NCBI GenBank assembly: GCA_964016885.1
Contig: OZ024742.1
Coordinates: 144,088,001-144,152,000, forward strand
From: Eledone cirrhosa
Taxonomy: Eukaryota
Reading direction: 5' to 3'
DNA: 64,000 bases
Part shown: piece by piece, positions 39,958 to 52,960 of the stretch
Layout: every line of letters starts with the position of its first letter
Numbering within the stretch: position 1 is the stretch's first letter
Translations under genes and position numbers: made by a program
Notes under the pieces: generated by a model
What the model was told of the DNA's origin: nothing
What the model saw: only the letters and a program-made list of their open reading frames with translations
Database searches by the model: none

Positions 39958-40375
39958 GTTTCTTATTTAGGCACAAGGCCAACAATTTTCGCGGGGGGGG
40001 GGGGGGGTTCGATTAAATCAACCCCAGTACATTACTGGTGTTTTATTTTATTCACTCTGGAAGGATGAAAGGCAAAGCTAACTTTGGCAGAAATTGAACT
40101 TAGAATGTAAAGGGTCGTAATTATATGCTGCAAAGCATAATGTCCGACGCTTTAATGTGACTGCCAATCCACTGCTCTCATAATAATTGTTTCTACTTTT
40201 GGCACAAGGCCAGCAATTATCCCAGTGCATTACTGGTGCTTTATTTTATCGACCCTGTAAGGATCAAAGGCAAAGTTAACCATGGTGGGATTTGAACTCA
40301 GACCGAAAAGGGATGTGACTATGCTGCAAAGCATGGCGCCCGACTCTCTACCGATACTGCCAATCCATCACCAAT
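39958..40375 (-). mobile_element. Two tandem SINE family A copies
   Basis: Reverse-complement matches to the family A consensus at about 39958-40178 and 40185-40375. Confidence 0.85.
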
Positions 40376-40394
40376 CCACTGTCGTCGTAATAAT

Positions 40395-41115
40395 AAAGCC
40401 AATACAATTTAATGATAACTGGTATGAGTAGGAGGATGGGAAAGCAATAGCATTCTGGAATTATGGTTTCTACATTGATAAAATAATTGAGCATTACCGA
40501 CTGGACATCGTCATATTGAGTAAGGAAGAGAAATTCTATCAGATCATTGATGTACCTATACCAAATGCCACAAATATGGTGAGTGGATGTTGAGAAAATC
40601 ACCCAAGTATTCTGAATTGAAAGTGGAGAGGGAAAGATTGTGTTGGAATGCAAGAGGGTAATGTAAAAGTAATACCAGTTGTGATTGGGGCATTAGGATC
40701 AATTCAATTGAAACTTCAAGACTTTCTTAACCCTTTAGCATTTATATTACTCTATATATACTGTTGTATTTTTGCAATAAAGGCTTTACCTTACATAATA
40801 TTGAATCTATGAGATTTTGATATTATTTATTTTGAGAACAATACGTTAACATTAGTATGAGTGGCTGGTTACAGCCCATTTGAACAGAAAGAGGTGAGAG
40901 AATTCTAGCCGGCTATGACCAGTTTAAATGCTAAATGGTTAAAGTGGGTGGGAATACCATGCAAGATTGATGCTATACAAATTTAGCCTTACTAGGTACT
41001 ATGCACATTTTAAGTAGAGTATTATCTGACTGAAGAACTTGTTGTGACTTGACAAATGACTAAATACACCTGTGTATTAATCATCGACACTGGGTGGTAA
41101 AATGATTATAATAAC
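40395..41115 (+). mobile_element. R4/Dong-like LINE 3' fragment (restriction-like endonuclease), interrupted by a MITE
   Basis: FWNYGFYIDKIIEHYRLDIVILSKEEKFYQIIDVPIP and VKVIPVVIGALG match the W...HNRPDIV...IIDV.IP...IPVVIGALG RLE signature. Confidence 0.8.
40727..40942. mobile_element. piggyBac-type MITE (family 1) nested in the R4-like fragment
   Basis: TTAA-CCCTTTAGCATTTA ... TAAATGCTAAATGG-TTAA. Confidence 0.85.
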
Positions 41116-41537
41116 AATGAAGATAATCCAATTAGGATTCTGAGTTGAAATAAAGCTGAGTCAAAATATAATTGTTATAGATGTTTTAAAACATCCATTG
41201 TGGAATTTTAGAGAAAAACAAATGTACTTTACTTGAAATGAAGAAGATAAACATAACTCACACAATGACATAACCAACTTTTATCATATCTTCTCTCTTC
41301 CCTAATAAACATATATAAGAGTAGACAGAACACTTTATGAAGGTGGTATCCCAGCATGGCCTTAAATGTAATCGCTCAAATAAAATTGAAGAATTTCTTT
41401 TCTTTTTGTTTTTGTTTTTTTTAATTGAGAGATAAAATATGCCTCATTTTGGATATTTTCCCATTTTCCAGCTACATGAGACAACCTGGATGGTACAAGC
41501 TGGAACTAAAATCTGAACAGAATAAGAATTCACTTAC

Positions 41538-41800
41538 TGTGCAACATGGGAGCCATTCCAACAGTGTGTAGGAGAAAGTGAGACATTGAAGTCAACACAA
41601 ATGGAACTGGTTATATTGCGGTAAACTCCATGGATATTGAACAATGACAAGAGAAGCTGGGTTGCTTGATCTTTGAGACTGATGGAAGACACTGGCTCCT
41701 GATCACTAATCAACATTTTATTATTGGGTACAACTGGAGATTGAGCTGACATTTTTTGATTCTCCGGTGCTGATCCAGTTTCTTTGCAGGTCACCAGAAT
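41538..41800 (-). CDS. Internal coding exon of a glypican (heparan sulfate proteoglycan), likely GPC3/GPC5/Dally subfamily
   Basis: Minus strand: ttgttgttacAG acceptor, 263-nt open frame (phase 0 start, phase 2 end), GTAAGT donor. Translation ILVTCKETG...SLKDQATQLLLSLFNIHGVYRNITSSICVDFNVSLSPTHCWNGSHVA matches the glypican pattern C...(F/V)(Y/W)xxLxxxIC...CWNG. Sequons NIT, NVS and NGS are present. No other exon was recognised in the window. Confidence 0.85.
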
Positions 41801-43562
41801 CTGTAACAACAATAAATTTGAAGCAAAAATTAACAAAAATAACAGAATTTTTTAAATATAAATTACAATTTCAGAAATTTATTATTAGTATATTATAACA
41901 TAAATTTACTCATCCTTTTTTTTCTTTTGAATAAAGACTTTGATTTATGACAGAGAGATAATCCTGACTTTAAAATACTGTATCTTGCAATCCTCCGATG
42001 GCGTTATAGAGGTGTTGCAGTGATACACAGTGTGTTTTGGGCATTTTGACACAGTCTAGCTTATATCTTTCCAGATCTGACCACAACTGTTTTCTTCTAG
42101 AGAGTAGAGAGTAAAAGAAGAATCAGCACCAGCATGAGTTCAGATCCTGAATGAATATTGCAAGGACTGTCAATGACTGTCAAGGACTGCCAATGACTAT
42201 CAATTCACTGTTTTATTTTGTCACTCACCCAAAAATAATTCAAATGAACCATTAGAAAAGAAACAACTCTAAAGAACTTTCATTAGAGAGTAAGAAATAA
42301 GTCTGAAACAAGGTAAAGCATGTAGAATGTTGTGAGTAGTGGAACCATATGAATATTTTATGTTTATTTTAGAGGATTTTTAACTTTAATGGCATAAGGT
42401 ATTAGCCCCCTGACTAAAGATATTCTATCTTCAGCCCTATGCTATGTTCTATACAAATCACTAAAAGCACTTTAGTTTAAAAAAATAGGAAAAAATCAGT
42501 GGTAAAAACTGATATAAGTTTCTGGTTTCCAGTCTCAAAATTAGATCCTTACATATGAATGGATAAATACTTCCTTTTTACTTGCAATTCACTTTAAAAA
42601 TATAATAGATACCCTAATTTAAAGTCATTGTCAAAATGTTAACTTAGTTCACTTATGGAATGCCAAATAATCAATAATTCCCATATGCCTTCATTAATAT
42701 TTTAGTATTTACTTCACATTTTGGCTATGTCAGATTGGCATATATTCGTATGTTCTATGAGATTACACAGCTTTAGATCATAGAAAATAATGTTAGAGAT
42801 CTCTTTATGAGACTAAAAGACTAGAAATGATCTGTATAGGAATTCTTGATACTGTCCTTATAGAAAGAATACATGAGCCCCCCCCCCCCCCCCCCCACAC
42901 ACACACCAAGAAAAGTTAATTTTTTTTGTCTTATCTCCTTATAACTCCTTAGATCATATCAGTTAAAGAATATATAGACAGGCAATTCTGGCAACAGCTA
43001 CACATATATGCAAAAAATGTATAGCTATTCTTGTAAAGAAAAAAAAAAATACAGCTCCATAATTTACAGCAACCTTTTTTGATTGACATTAATATTTGTT
43101 TTCCAATATTAGAACTGGGTTGAATAGGTCTACTTGTTGAGATTTTTAAATGACTTGTTGAAAATATCTAAACATCTAAATGATCTTCTATTTCCTATCA
43201 ATAATGCAGCAGCAGTGAAGTGAGATTGGTAACTATTATCAGAGTATTTATATCTTTTTTCAGAATAATGTTCTTTGTTTAGTCTTAAGGTGGCTCTTGT
43301 TTAGATTCAGATCAGTCAGAGATTGAGCAAGTAGATTTATGATCAAAATGGCTGATGCAGTGGGTATCACTGGCTATTTGTTCTCCATTTCAATGCCTTT
43401 GCCATTTTGTCCATGGGGTGCACTGAGATATACCAACTAGATTGGCTGTAGAGTCTGCCGGTCCCACTTTCACTCGGCTTTTGCTTTTTAAATATTATTT
43501 CTTTTTCTGCAAACATTGATTAATTGTAGATTTATTTATTTTATTTTTAGATAAAATTCTTG

Positions 43563-43791
43563 TTAACCCTTTTGTTACCAATCTGGCTCAGGTTCTATGA
43601 AATAAAGTCACCTATTTTAAAGGTTTCCAATTTAAATTAAATCTTCCTTCATAATTTTATATAAGAGCCTTACATTAAGATACTATCTTAGTAATGAAAT
43701 CATTAATAATCTTAGTAAATCCTTCGAAATTGTTCATTAATTAATTGAAACAGAGTGTATGTCATTAGAAATGTGGTCATGAAAGGGTTAA
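43563..43791. mobile_element. piggyBac-type MITE (family 2)
   Basis: TTAA-CCCTTT ... AAAGGG-TTAA; related decayed copies near 26711-26955, 21860-22119, 5380-5645 and 63432 onward. Confidence 0.75.
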
Positions 43792-46728
43792 CTCATTTCT
43801 TTCTTAGCCTCTTTTTCTGTACCTACTCAATAAAAAGCTACGGATTTGGCTATTCCTTTGTAATATAGTAGCAGCAGTATAAAACTGTTGAATACACCAA
43901 CTACATTAACGATAAGTTAACAGAGATAGAAACATTAAAAAAGGGTTCTGGTGTTATTGATGGTGATGATAGTGGTGGAAATAAAACAAAACAAAACAAA
44001 AACAAACTGTTCTTTCCAGAACAGAGTGACCAAGTTCATAACTACTTGTCATCATAAGCAATAGACAATGTCATCATTACCACCCTACTGTCCTCACCCA
44101 CAAACTTGCTTCACTGGTCCTTATTCAGACAGGTTTTTCTTCCTGCTTTTCAAGAAATCAGTTAAAATATCTTACTTACATGGGCACATTCTAAATATAA
44201 TAAATGTACTTCCTGACACAAAACACTTCATTGACATCACAAAACACCAAAGAAAAATTAGCAGAAAAAAATGTATAAAACATTTCCCTTCTTTCCCCAA
44301 CTTGTTCCCAAAAGACTAAATCCTTTCATTGAAAAGAATCAACAAGTTTATTCAGAATTCCAGAATTACAAAACCATGCTATCCTGCTTATCCGACCAAA
44401 TATGATCTTTTATAACAACATAGCTAAATATTCCTAAAAATAACAGGAAATCAAGCTGATGGTAGTGGGGGTTAGTAGTTCAAAGGTAAATTTTTTGTTT
44501 GTTTTTGCTTGTTATATACATTTCTTTTGTATTTATTATTATTATGCATTTGCTCTATCAGAGTTTTATGTGCTACTTGAATTTTATGACAGTATCCCAA
44601 GATGTGATATATCTTATATAGTATAAGGTCAACACCCTCCTCTCCCCTGCTCTCTCTCTCTCTCTCATGTCTTCCTCACATTGCATCACTGTTTCTATCC
44701 AGCAAGGGTTATCTTTTGCATTTAAATGAAAGCCAGGGAAAAGGAATTAAATGGCTGTTGGAACCACAAATATTACAGTGTAAGAGAATCTAAATATTCT
44801 GCCTTCACCCATATGACAACGATAGTAGTAGTAAGGCTATTAATAAAAAAAAACTATAAATATAAATATGATATATTTTATATACTGTGCCTAAGGTATA
44901 CACCAGGAATATAAATTTACAATTTCATATATTGAAGTTATGATATTTCCAATATGGGGCTATAAGAAGTAGGTAGGAATTTATCATTCTTTACAATAAG
45001 GATATGGTTTATGCGACACATCAATTTTTTAAATGTGTTTATATTTTTATATTTTTTGTTGTAGATTGGATTGAATGCAGGCCTTCTGCGATCTGCACAT
45101 TCAACATATCTAACATTCCTCTTAAACAGATGCAAGTCAAACAACAAAAGAAAAAGCATGATTAGGAAGGGAATTTCAGAGAGTATTCTATGGAGAAAGA
45201 ACTGGTCATAGCAGCTAGTGTAGGCTTAGGATCATAGTGGTTAGTGAAATTCTGATATCATAGCAGTTATTAGAAGGATGAAGCTTTGAAAGGTTTCGTT
45301 AATAGCTAGTACGTAGCTTTAGTTTCATGGCATGAAGTCAATCTAATATGGAGTTCAATTCCAAGATAATGTAGTACTTATTCCTGATGATGTTTCATCC
45401 AGAGTCAAACTTGACCAATAGCCATGACTGTCCTACAGTTTTAGGTATATGTAGGACTACATTATTTAATTTAGTACTTATTCTTGCTGATGCTTAATCC
45501 TGAGTTAAACTTGACCAATAGCAGTTTTTGGTAGATATATGACTACATCCTTTTGAGGTTGATAAAATAAAGTACCCGTAACGCCTGCTATTTCCAGCAG
45601 GTCTATTTTCCCTGACAATGTGAACTGCTATAAATATATCTTTAACTCTGAAGAACTTTAAGAGCTGATGGTTTCATAATGTTAAATGAATAAGATAAAT
45701 TTCTCCTTAGAGAAAATATTTGTCTATAATAAGTTGTTATTGTTGTTGTTTAACTTAAGTCACACCTTATTGAGCAGACATTCCAACCACATCATCATGC
45801 ACAGTGCATCTAAGACTACATTATTCAATATATTCCTTTTTGGGAGATTTGTCTGCTAAGTTTAGCCCTAGTTCAGCATTCATTGAGCTTCTTTATGATC
45901 AAATGTAATCCAGCCATGATTGTATTTTTTTTTAACACACTATTTATCTAAGACTACATTATTCGATGTGTCCATTTTTAAGAGAGTGGTGGTATAATTT
46001 GAGAGAGATTTGACTGTTGTTTCTAGTTGACTTAATGACCATATAAATGCTTCCTTCTACAGATAATTTTCCAATGTTTTCTATGACCTATTTCCAGCAG
46101 ATGAACTGAGGCAATGTACAATTAAATACATTAAAACACATGCACTAGATTTGAATCCATGATGAACTACGTTTAATGACTATATAGTTATTTCCCAATT
46201 TTTCTTTTTAATTATAAAACGTTTTATTAATTAAAAAAAAAAATCATAAATTTTAAAATGGAAAATGAAGGCAAGGGCAAAGGCTCTGGAGTTACAGAAG
46301 AATGGCAGGGGGAAGGAGGAGTGTGATAGGCTCTAGGCTAGGACCCGGCAGTGTTGGGGCTGTGCCCTGTGGACAAGACCACAAAAGTATTAGCCTATTA
46401 ATATATTAGAATAGACATTACAATTCACAGTGCACATGTGAATTTCTGTAAGAAATTTTCTATGAATTGTGCTAACATCATTTTCAATCTTTCAAAATGT
46501 TTTCCTACTTTCATAAATCACAATACCAAATTTTTAAACCTCTTGATGCTTGGATAGTTTAAGAAATAATGAAATGATATGATATAGATATATAATAGTA
46601 ATAATAAATAACTGAATATCATACTGTCCGCAGAGACACTGATTACATACCCACTATTACTAAAGGCTTAAAAGTGAATTGGATAGATCAATTTACATAT
46701 TAACATATTATTGGCAGTTCAATTAATA

Positions 46729-47232
46729 AATTACCTCTGCGTTAACAGTGCTTTGTTTCAATGCTCTGTTGCACTACAACATTGAAATTGGTTTAGCTTT
46801 TTCTGTCCACGAATATAATGCATATAAAGACAAGGTGTTTACATCTTTCAATATACGCAGTGTTGGCTAAAAACCTATAGATATATTCTGTAGTATAAGA
46901 AAGTATTGACTCAAAATCCTGTCAATGCATCAATAATGTTTTAATTGAACTAGCTACCAAGAACACATTATATATGCAAATTGATCTATCAGATTTACTT
47001 GAGCCCTTAGTAATATTAGATTTACAAGCAGTGTCCCTGTGGACAGAAATCCCAACACAGGGTTGAAACTAATCCATTTCATTCTTCTTTTTCTGTCAGT
47101 AAAGTTATTGTATATACAGACAAGATGATTACTGTTGCCATTTACATAGAATGCTGGCTCTAAAAATCTATAGTTATATTCTGTAGTACAATATAGCATT
47201 GAAACAAAAACAGTGTTAACACACCAGTAATT
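46729..47232. mobile_element. Putative old MITE or foldback element with ~50-bp imperfect TIRs
   Basis: 46729-46778 is the approximate reverse complement of 47182-47232; internal direct repeat 46863-46935 versus 47154-47230. Confidence 0.5.
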
Positions 47233-48019
47233 AAGTAGTATTTGAATATGAAATCTTGAGATTCCTAATGAACCTGCACAAATAGCATCAAACAATTATT
47301 GGATTCATATCAAGTTTATCTTCTTCTTCATCCACTTATACACATGAATTTGCTTACGCATTTACTATAATCTATACATTAACCACGGTGTAACTCACCG
47401 ACGAACTGACTATTATTACGTCTCTCATGTAGAATATAGCCGTCTCCTGTAGAATATAGCCGAATAGTAATATATAACATCATCTATTCAGTATGGTATA
47501 AAGGAGAGAGGCAAGGAACAAGTATATCGATGCAATTTCAAAGAATCAATATATCCTATATAGTATAGCAAAGCTGCACTGTGGTATTATTATCAACACT
47601 TTTTGGAATCAATATCTCATCATAATAACAATAAACATAATTCTCACCAGCCTCAGTGGTTTAACCTTTATTTCTATTTCTTTTTTTATATTCCCCCATG
47701 CCACCTTCTTCCCTTCTTCCACATACTAATATTGCTTGGATGGATGGGTGGCTAGATGTAGAGAAAGGCTTTCATTCCACCCAATCAGAAGCTCTAGTAA
47801 CTGGCATTTGATATTACCAAACATTATCTACACAGACATTATAATATCTATGAAATAATTATAATATTTAGACACAATATATGAGAAGCTCACAACAATA
47901 TAAGGAAACTGAATATTAACAATTGCATTATCATCATCATCACCATCACCATCACCATCACAATCACCATCAATATTATTAGTATTACTATTATTATTAC
48001 TATTGTTATTCTTGTTAAG

Positions 48020-48688
48020 GCAGTAAATTAATAGAATTGTTAGAGAGTTGGACAAAATGTCTTATGGCATTTAGTTACAGCTCTTTAGACTCTAATTTCA
48101 AATCCCTCCAAGGGTTAGGGTTCGAGAGGTTTGCTTTTCAACCTTCTAGGGTTAATAAAATAGGGCATCATTCAAGTTCTAAGGTCAATATAATCAAATA
48201 ACTGCCACACCCAAATTTCTGGCCATGTGCTTATGTTAAAAACAATTATTATTATTATCATGGGCAGTGGATTGGCAGTATCAGTAGAGGGTCGGACGCC
48301 ATGCTTTCTAGCATAGAGTTACGTCCCTTTACGGACTGAGTTCAAATCCCTCCTAGGTTAACTTTGCCTTTCATCCTTACGGGGTCGATAAAATAAAGTG
48401 CCAGTAATGTACTGGGATAATTGCTGGCCTTGTGCCAAAAGTAGAAACAATTATTATCATCATGGGAGTGGTGGATTGGCAGTATTGGTAGACCATCAGA
48501 CAATATGATTTGTGGCATATAGTTATATCCTTTATGTTCTGAGTTTAAAATCCTGCTAAGATTAGCTTTGCCATTCATCCTTACGGGGTTGATAAAATAA
48601 AGTACCAGTAATGCACTGGTGGCGATTTAAACAACTTTCCTCTCCATTAAAATTGTTAGCTTTCTGCCTAAATCAGAAACTATTATTT
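48020..48688 (+). mobile_element. Three tandem SINE family A copies
   Basis: Copies at about 48020-48245, 48262-48450 and 48468-48688, joined by attattatcat..ggg junctions. Confidence 0.85.
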
Positions 48689-49544
48689 TCTTGGGGACTA
48701 GGCTTTGTAGCTATGTGATAAACTTTGTTAAACAGCATGATTCTGATTCAGTAGAATGTCACAATGGCATGACCTGACTGGAAGCACCTAACTCAAGAGA
48801 TAAGACAAAGCTAGCTTTCAGAATCATGATCATCATGGGTTGGATTGGTCACCACAGACCAAGTCAGTACTTAATCAGATCCACTAATCTTGCATATCTT
48901 CCCACCCTTTACAGAGAATGTCAGCTGCACTAGGAAGGTCATCATGTCCTTTATACAACTGAAGAATCTTCTATCCTTTTGGGGGCAGGTTTTATAGGAT
49001 TGGATGTCATTCCTATCACCAATCAATTTACAGAGTGTACTGGGTGCATTTTATCATGTCATAAACTCTAAAGAAATCGTTGTGCCCTTGACACAACTGA
49101 AGAATCCTCTCAATTCTATTTGGCATGGTTTCTACTGCTGGATACTTTTCTATCACCAACCATCATACAGGGTGTACTGGGTGTATTTTATTATGGCACC
49201 AGCACTAGCACAGTTGTTGGTCATTGATTCAATTGAAGACCCCCCTCTACCCAATAGGAGGATATATATGATGTCATTGATAAATGACAATAGGTGGTGG
49301 GGAGGATAGCATAATGTTATGGTTGAGTTTTTCATGGCACCATCACTTTACAGAGTGTACTGGGTGTGCTTTATCATGGCACCAGCACTAAAGAGGTTGT
49401 CACATGTCCGTCCAGAGTATTTTCTCTATTATACTCTATTATACCCACTCTTGTATTTGACTGTAATGTCATTTTATTGATGCCAAAAAGATAAAAAGCA
49501 AAGCTGGCATTGTTTGATGATCTAACAATTCTAACAATCCAATA

Positions 49545-49772
49545 ATGATCTCTTACATAGACATAAGACCTCAGGTTTCGGAGGAGGGATGGTTACAAGT
49601 TGATTAAATTGACCTCAGTACTTGACCGATACTTCATTTTATTGACCTCAGAAGGATGAAAGACACATGTAAAACTTCAGTAGAATTTGAACTCAAAAGG
49701 TAAAAAGCTGTAATTAAATATTCTAAGACATTTTGTTTGATGCTTTAACAGTTCTACCAATATACCGCCCAA
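49545..49772 (-). mobile_element. Older SINE family A copy
   Basis: Reverse-complement match to head, central domain and tail. Confidence 0.65.
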
Positions 49773-51089
49773 CAATAATAAAAAATAAATATTAATAATA
49801 ATAACAATAACAATAATAATAATCAACAACAGCAAGCAGCAACAAATAGCATTAATGTAAGGGAAATATGCAGAGAAGAAATCTTCTCTCTTGGTAAAAA
49901 CTTAAACAAACAGCTGTTGTGAAGAAAAACATAAATCAAAAGTATATTTACAGAATACACTAATATGACCTAAATATTAACAGACATTTTGGCAGTTAGG
50001 AGGAGCTAGTTTAGCATCAACAGTAATAAAGGTTTCCTTTCTTGGCTAAGGCAGAGAATAACAACATATGTTAATATCAAATATTTTGAGAGAATAGCAA
50101 ATATTGCTACTACTGACTGATTTCCTCCTTACCATGGATTTCTAAAAAAAAAAATATAAAAAAAATAAAAAAATGAAGAGATGGAAGCAAAGCAATATGG
50201 TTGGTTACAAGCCAAGGAGCCAACAAGCCAACAAGGAATGAGTCTATATAGTTGTTTGACCTAATAGAATTAACAGTCAATTCTCCCACAAATCAGACCC
50301 CCCAATGATTTAAAATGAGGAGGAAGGAACATTAGATAATGTAGTCCTAGATATACTATCATAAAATACACTATGTCTGAATGTTTTTGATCATACGTTT
50401 GCTAGATCAGAGCTAACCTGGGGCTAAACAATACCAGTGTGATTGATTAGTTGTTTAGGCAGAATTCTTTCAATTCTGGTTCTATTTCTTCAGACACTTA
50501 CGAGACTGATATAGATTAAACACAAATAGTTAGTGATGATAAAGAAACACTGCAAGGAGAGAGATTCTGTGCTGAAAAGGACCCATCCAACCCATGTGAG
50601 TGTGGAAAAATGAATATAAAAACGATGATGATTGGTACAGTCATTACTGTGTGGGAAAGAGATTCACTTCAGAACCATGTCGTTTTGTGTGCAGCCACTC
50701 TGTGTAGTAGTAGTAGTAGTAATAGTAGTAGTAGTAGTAGTAGTATCTCAGCCATCTACTACTACAACCTAGGGCTGGCCAATGCCTTATGAGAGTGAAG
50801 CCTGTTGCATTTTTGTGAGTGGGTGTGTGTGTGCACAGGTGTAGGGTGACATGTCAATTGCTACAAATATTTTATCAAGACTGCTTTTTTAAATAAAGGC
50901 CATGATGACATTGTATGTATGCCCTTAAATAATACATCAAGTGCTGTAGCAGTTTCTCAAGCATTGGCAGTATATGTCATACTTATAACATAATATAAAC
51001 GTTGGTGTTAGTAAAGACATCCAACTATAGAAAATCTGCCTCAAAATGTCTCATCCAAACCCATGCAAATATGGAAAATGTAGCCATAA

Positions 51090-51361
51090 AAAGTATGATA
51101 ATGCATTGGTATGGGCCTGCAATGCACATGGATAATAATCACTGGATGAAGAAATGCCAGGAAATCCCAGTGGAGGGAAGCCACAGTAGCGATAGATTAA
51201 GGAAGACCTGGACAGAGGTGGTCAGAGCTGATCTTAAATTGCTGAGGCTTACAGAGGAGAGCAAAGGAATGCAGCACAAGAAGAGATGCTGTGCTGAAAA
51301 GGACCTGTCCAACCCGTGTAAGCATGGAAAAACAGATGTAAAAACGGTGATGATGATGATG
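51090..51361 (+). mobile_element. RTE LINE 3' end
   Basis: HWYGPAMHMDNNHWMKKCQEIPVEG..RKTWTEVVRADL with a (GAT)n tail. Confidence 0.8.
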
Positions 51362-52384
51362 TCTCAAGACCACAGGTTTATAAGCAAACAAAGGAAAAAA
51401 TAAAATGCCTGCCTTTATTTGTTTTACAATCATAATCTTAAGAAAATGTTCCCCTGCCCATCTTGTTTTAATCAAGATCTAACTATACATTAATGAATGA
51501 GATTTGTTGAGTAACAATGAGTCATCTGTTGGCAAAGAGAAACATAAGAAGTAAGAAGTTCAAAGTCATTGGATATGGACCACAGAAATGAGAATGCAGA
51601 GTATATTTTTGTTATTATTCTCCAGTCCAAAGTCAGCCCTGATTAAACACATCTATAATAAAAAAAAGAATCTTTTTTCAAGCAATACTTATTTTTGTTT
51701 TTATTCTTTTGGCTTATCTGGGTCTACATTATTTAATGTGTTTTTTTCTTTTAAAACTTGAAGATTTGGCTGCCATTTCTAACACATCAACTAAACTGCA
51801 TAGAGGCTCTGTTGGCATAATGACAGAGTATTGAGAGGTCTAGTGATATGTCATATTGCCAAGTTGTCTGACTTATACATGCATGAATACAATAAAAATG
51901 AATGTTTAAAAGGATGATGATGATGATGAAAATGGATTGATCTATGAAGAGATGCCATACCCACATAAACAAGTAAAAATTGCAGCACAAAAAGCTAAAA
52001 TCATTCCAAGAACAATAATGATACAGTAAATTATAAGTTTAAGAAAAACAATATAAATAGACAGAAACTAAAAATATAAGCCAAACACAAACAGTTTGAA
52101 ATTGGAAAAAAATCCAAACATGTAGATTCTCATAAAATGTAGTGGAGTTGAAAAGCATGGAAGCCGAGGAATGTCTTCCTCTTCATCCTCTTGTGAAATT
52201 CTATACTACAACCATTTCAGAAAGACCCTTTACTCCTGATTAAATTTGGGGGTCATCTTACTTATAAAGAAATAGGATAAGCAAATTAGTTTCAGCTTTT
52301 TAAATCGTTTTAAGGCAGGTTTTCTTTTATAAAACAGAGGTTAAGTTTCTCCATTTTACCCTATCGTCTGCAATATCTCACTGT

Positions 52385-52960
52385 CTGGCTTTCATTTCCT
52401 CTTCCATCATTTTCAGTCATGTCTCTTTTGGTCTTCCTCTTCCACTATATCCTTCCATATTTATTCCCATGAATACTCTCAACCTGTCACTATCATCCTT
52501 CCTCAACACATGTTCCAACCATCTCATTTCATTTCTCTTCACAACATTCATCACTGGAACCATCTTCGTCATCATCATCACCACCACCACCACCATCACC
52601 ATCGTCATTTAATGTTTGCTTTCCTTGCCAGCAAAGACTGGTCATTATCCTCTGCAATTCATTGTCTTCCAGTCATTGAATGATATCCCACTCATCCACC
52701 TGCTCACTTTTCTACTGCTGTTCCACATTCATCACTCATGTTTCACTTCCATAAATCATGGCACCTCTCATACATGCAGCATACATCTTTTCATTTAAAT
52801 TCAGTAACACTTCCCACCTTATTAGCATGCCACTCAATTTCTGGAATTTCTTCCATGCACATCTCATTCAAGTCACCATTGCTGATTCTTAACCACCTTC
52901 TCCATTTATCATATTGCCTAGGTAGCAAAACCTCTACACACCTTCCATATTCATGTGATT
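52385..52960 (-). mobile_element. Decayed RTE LINE fragment(s)
   Basis: MRWLEHVLRKDD..MEGYSGRGRPKET peptide in ORF 52417-52608. Confidence 0.6.

Noticed and set aside
44180-44190. Possible 11-nt micro-exon on the minus strand (tttAG-AATGTGCCCAT-GTAAGT)
   Set aside because: Length is not a multiple of three, and such matches arise by chance in 64 kb; needs junction reads.
48111-48122. Telomere-like AGGGTTAGGGTT
   Set aside because: Only two units, inside a decayed SINE.
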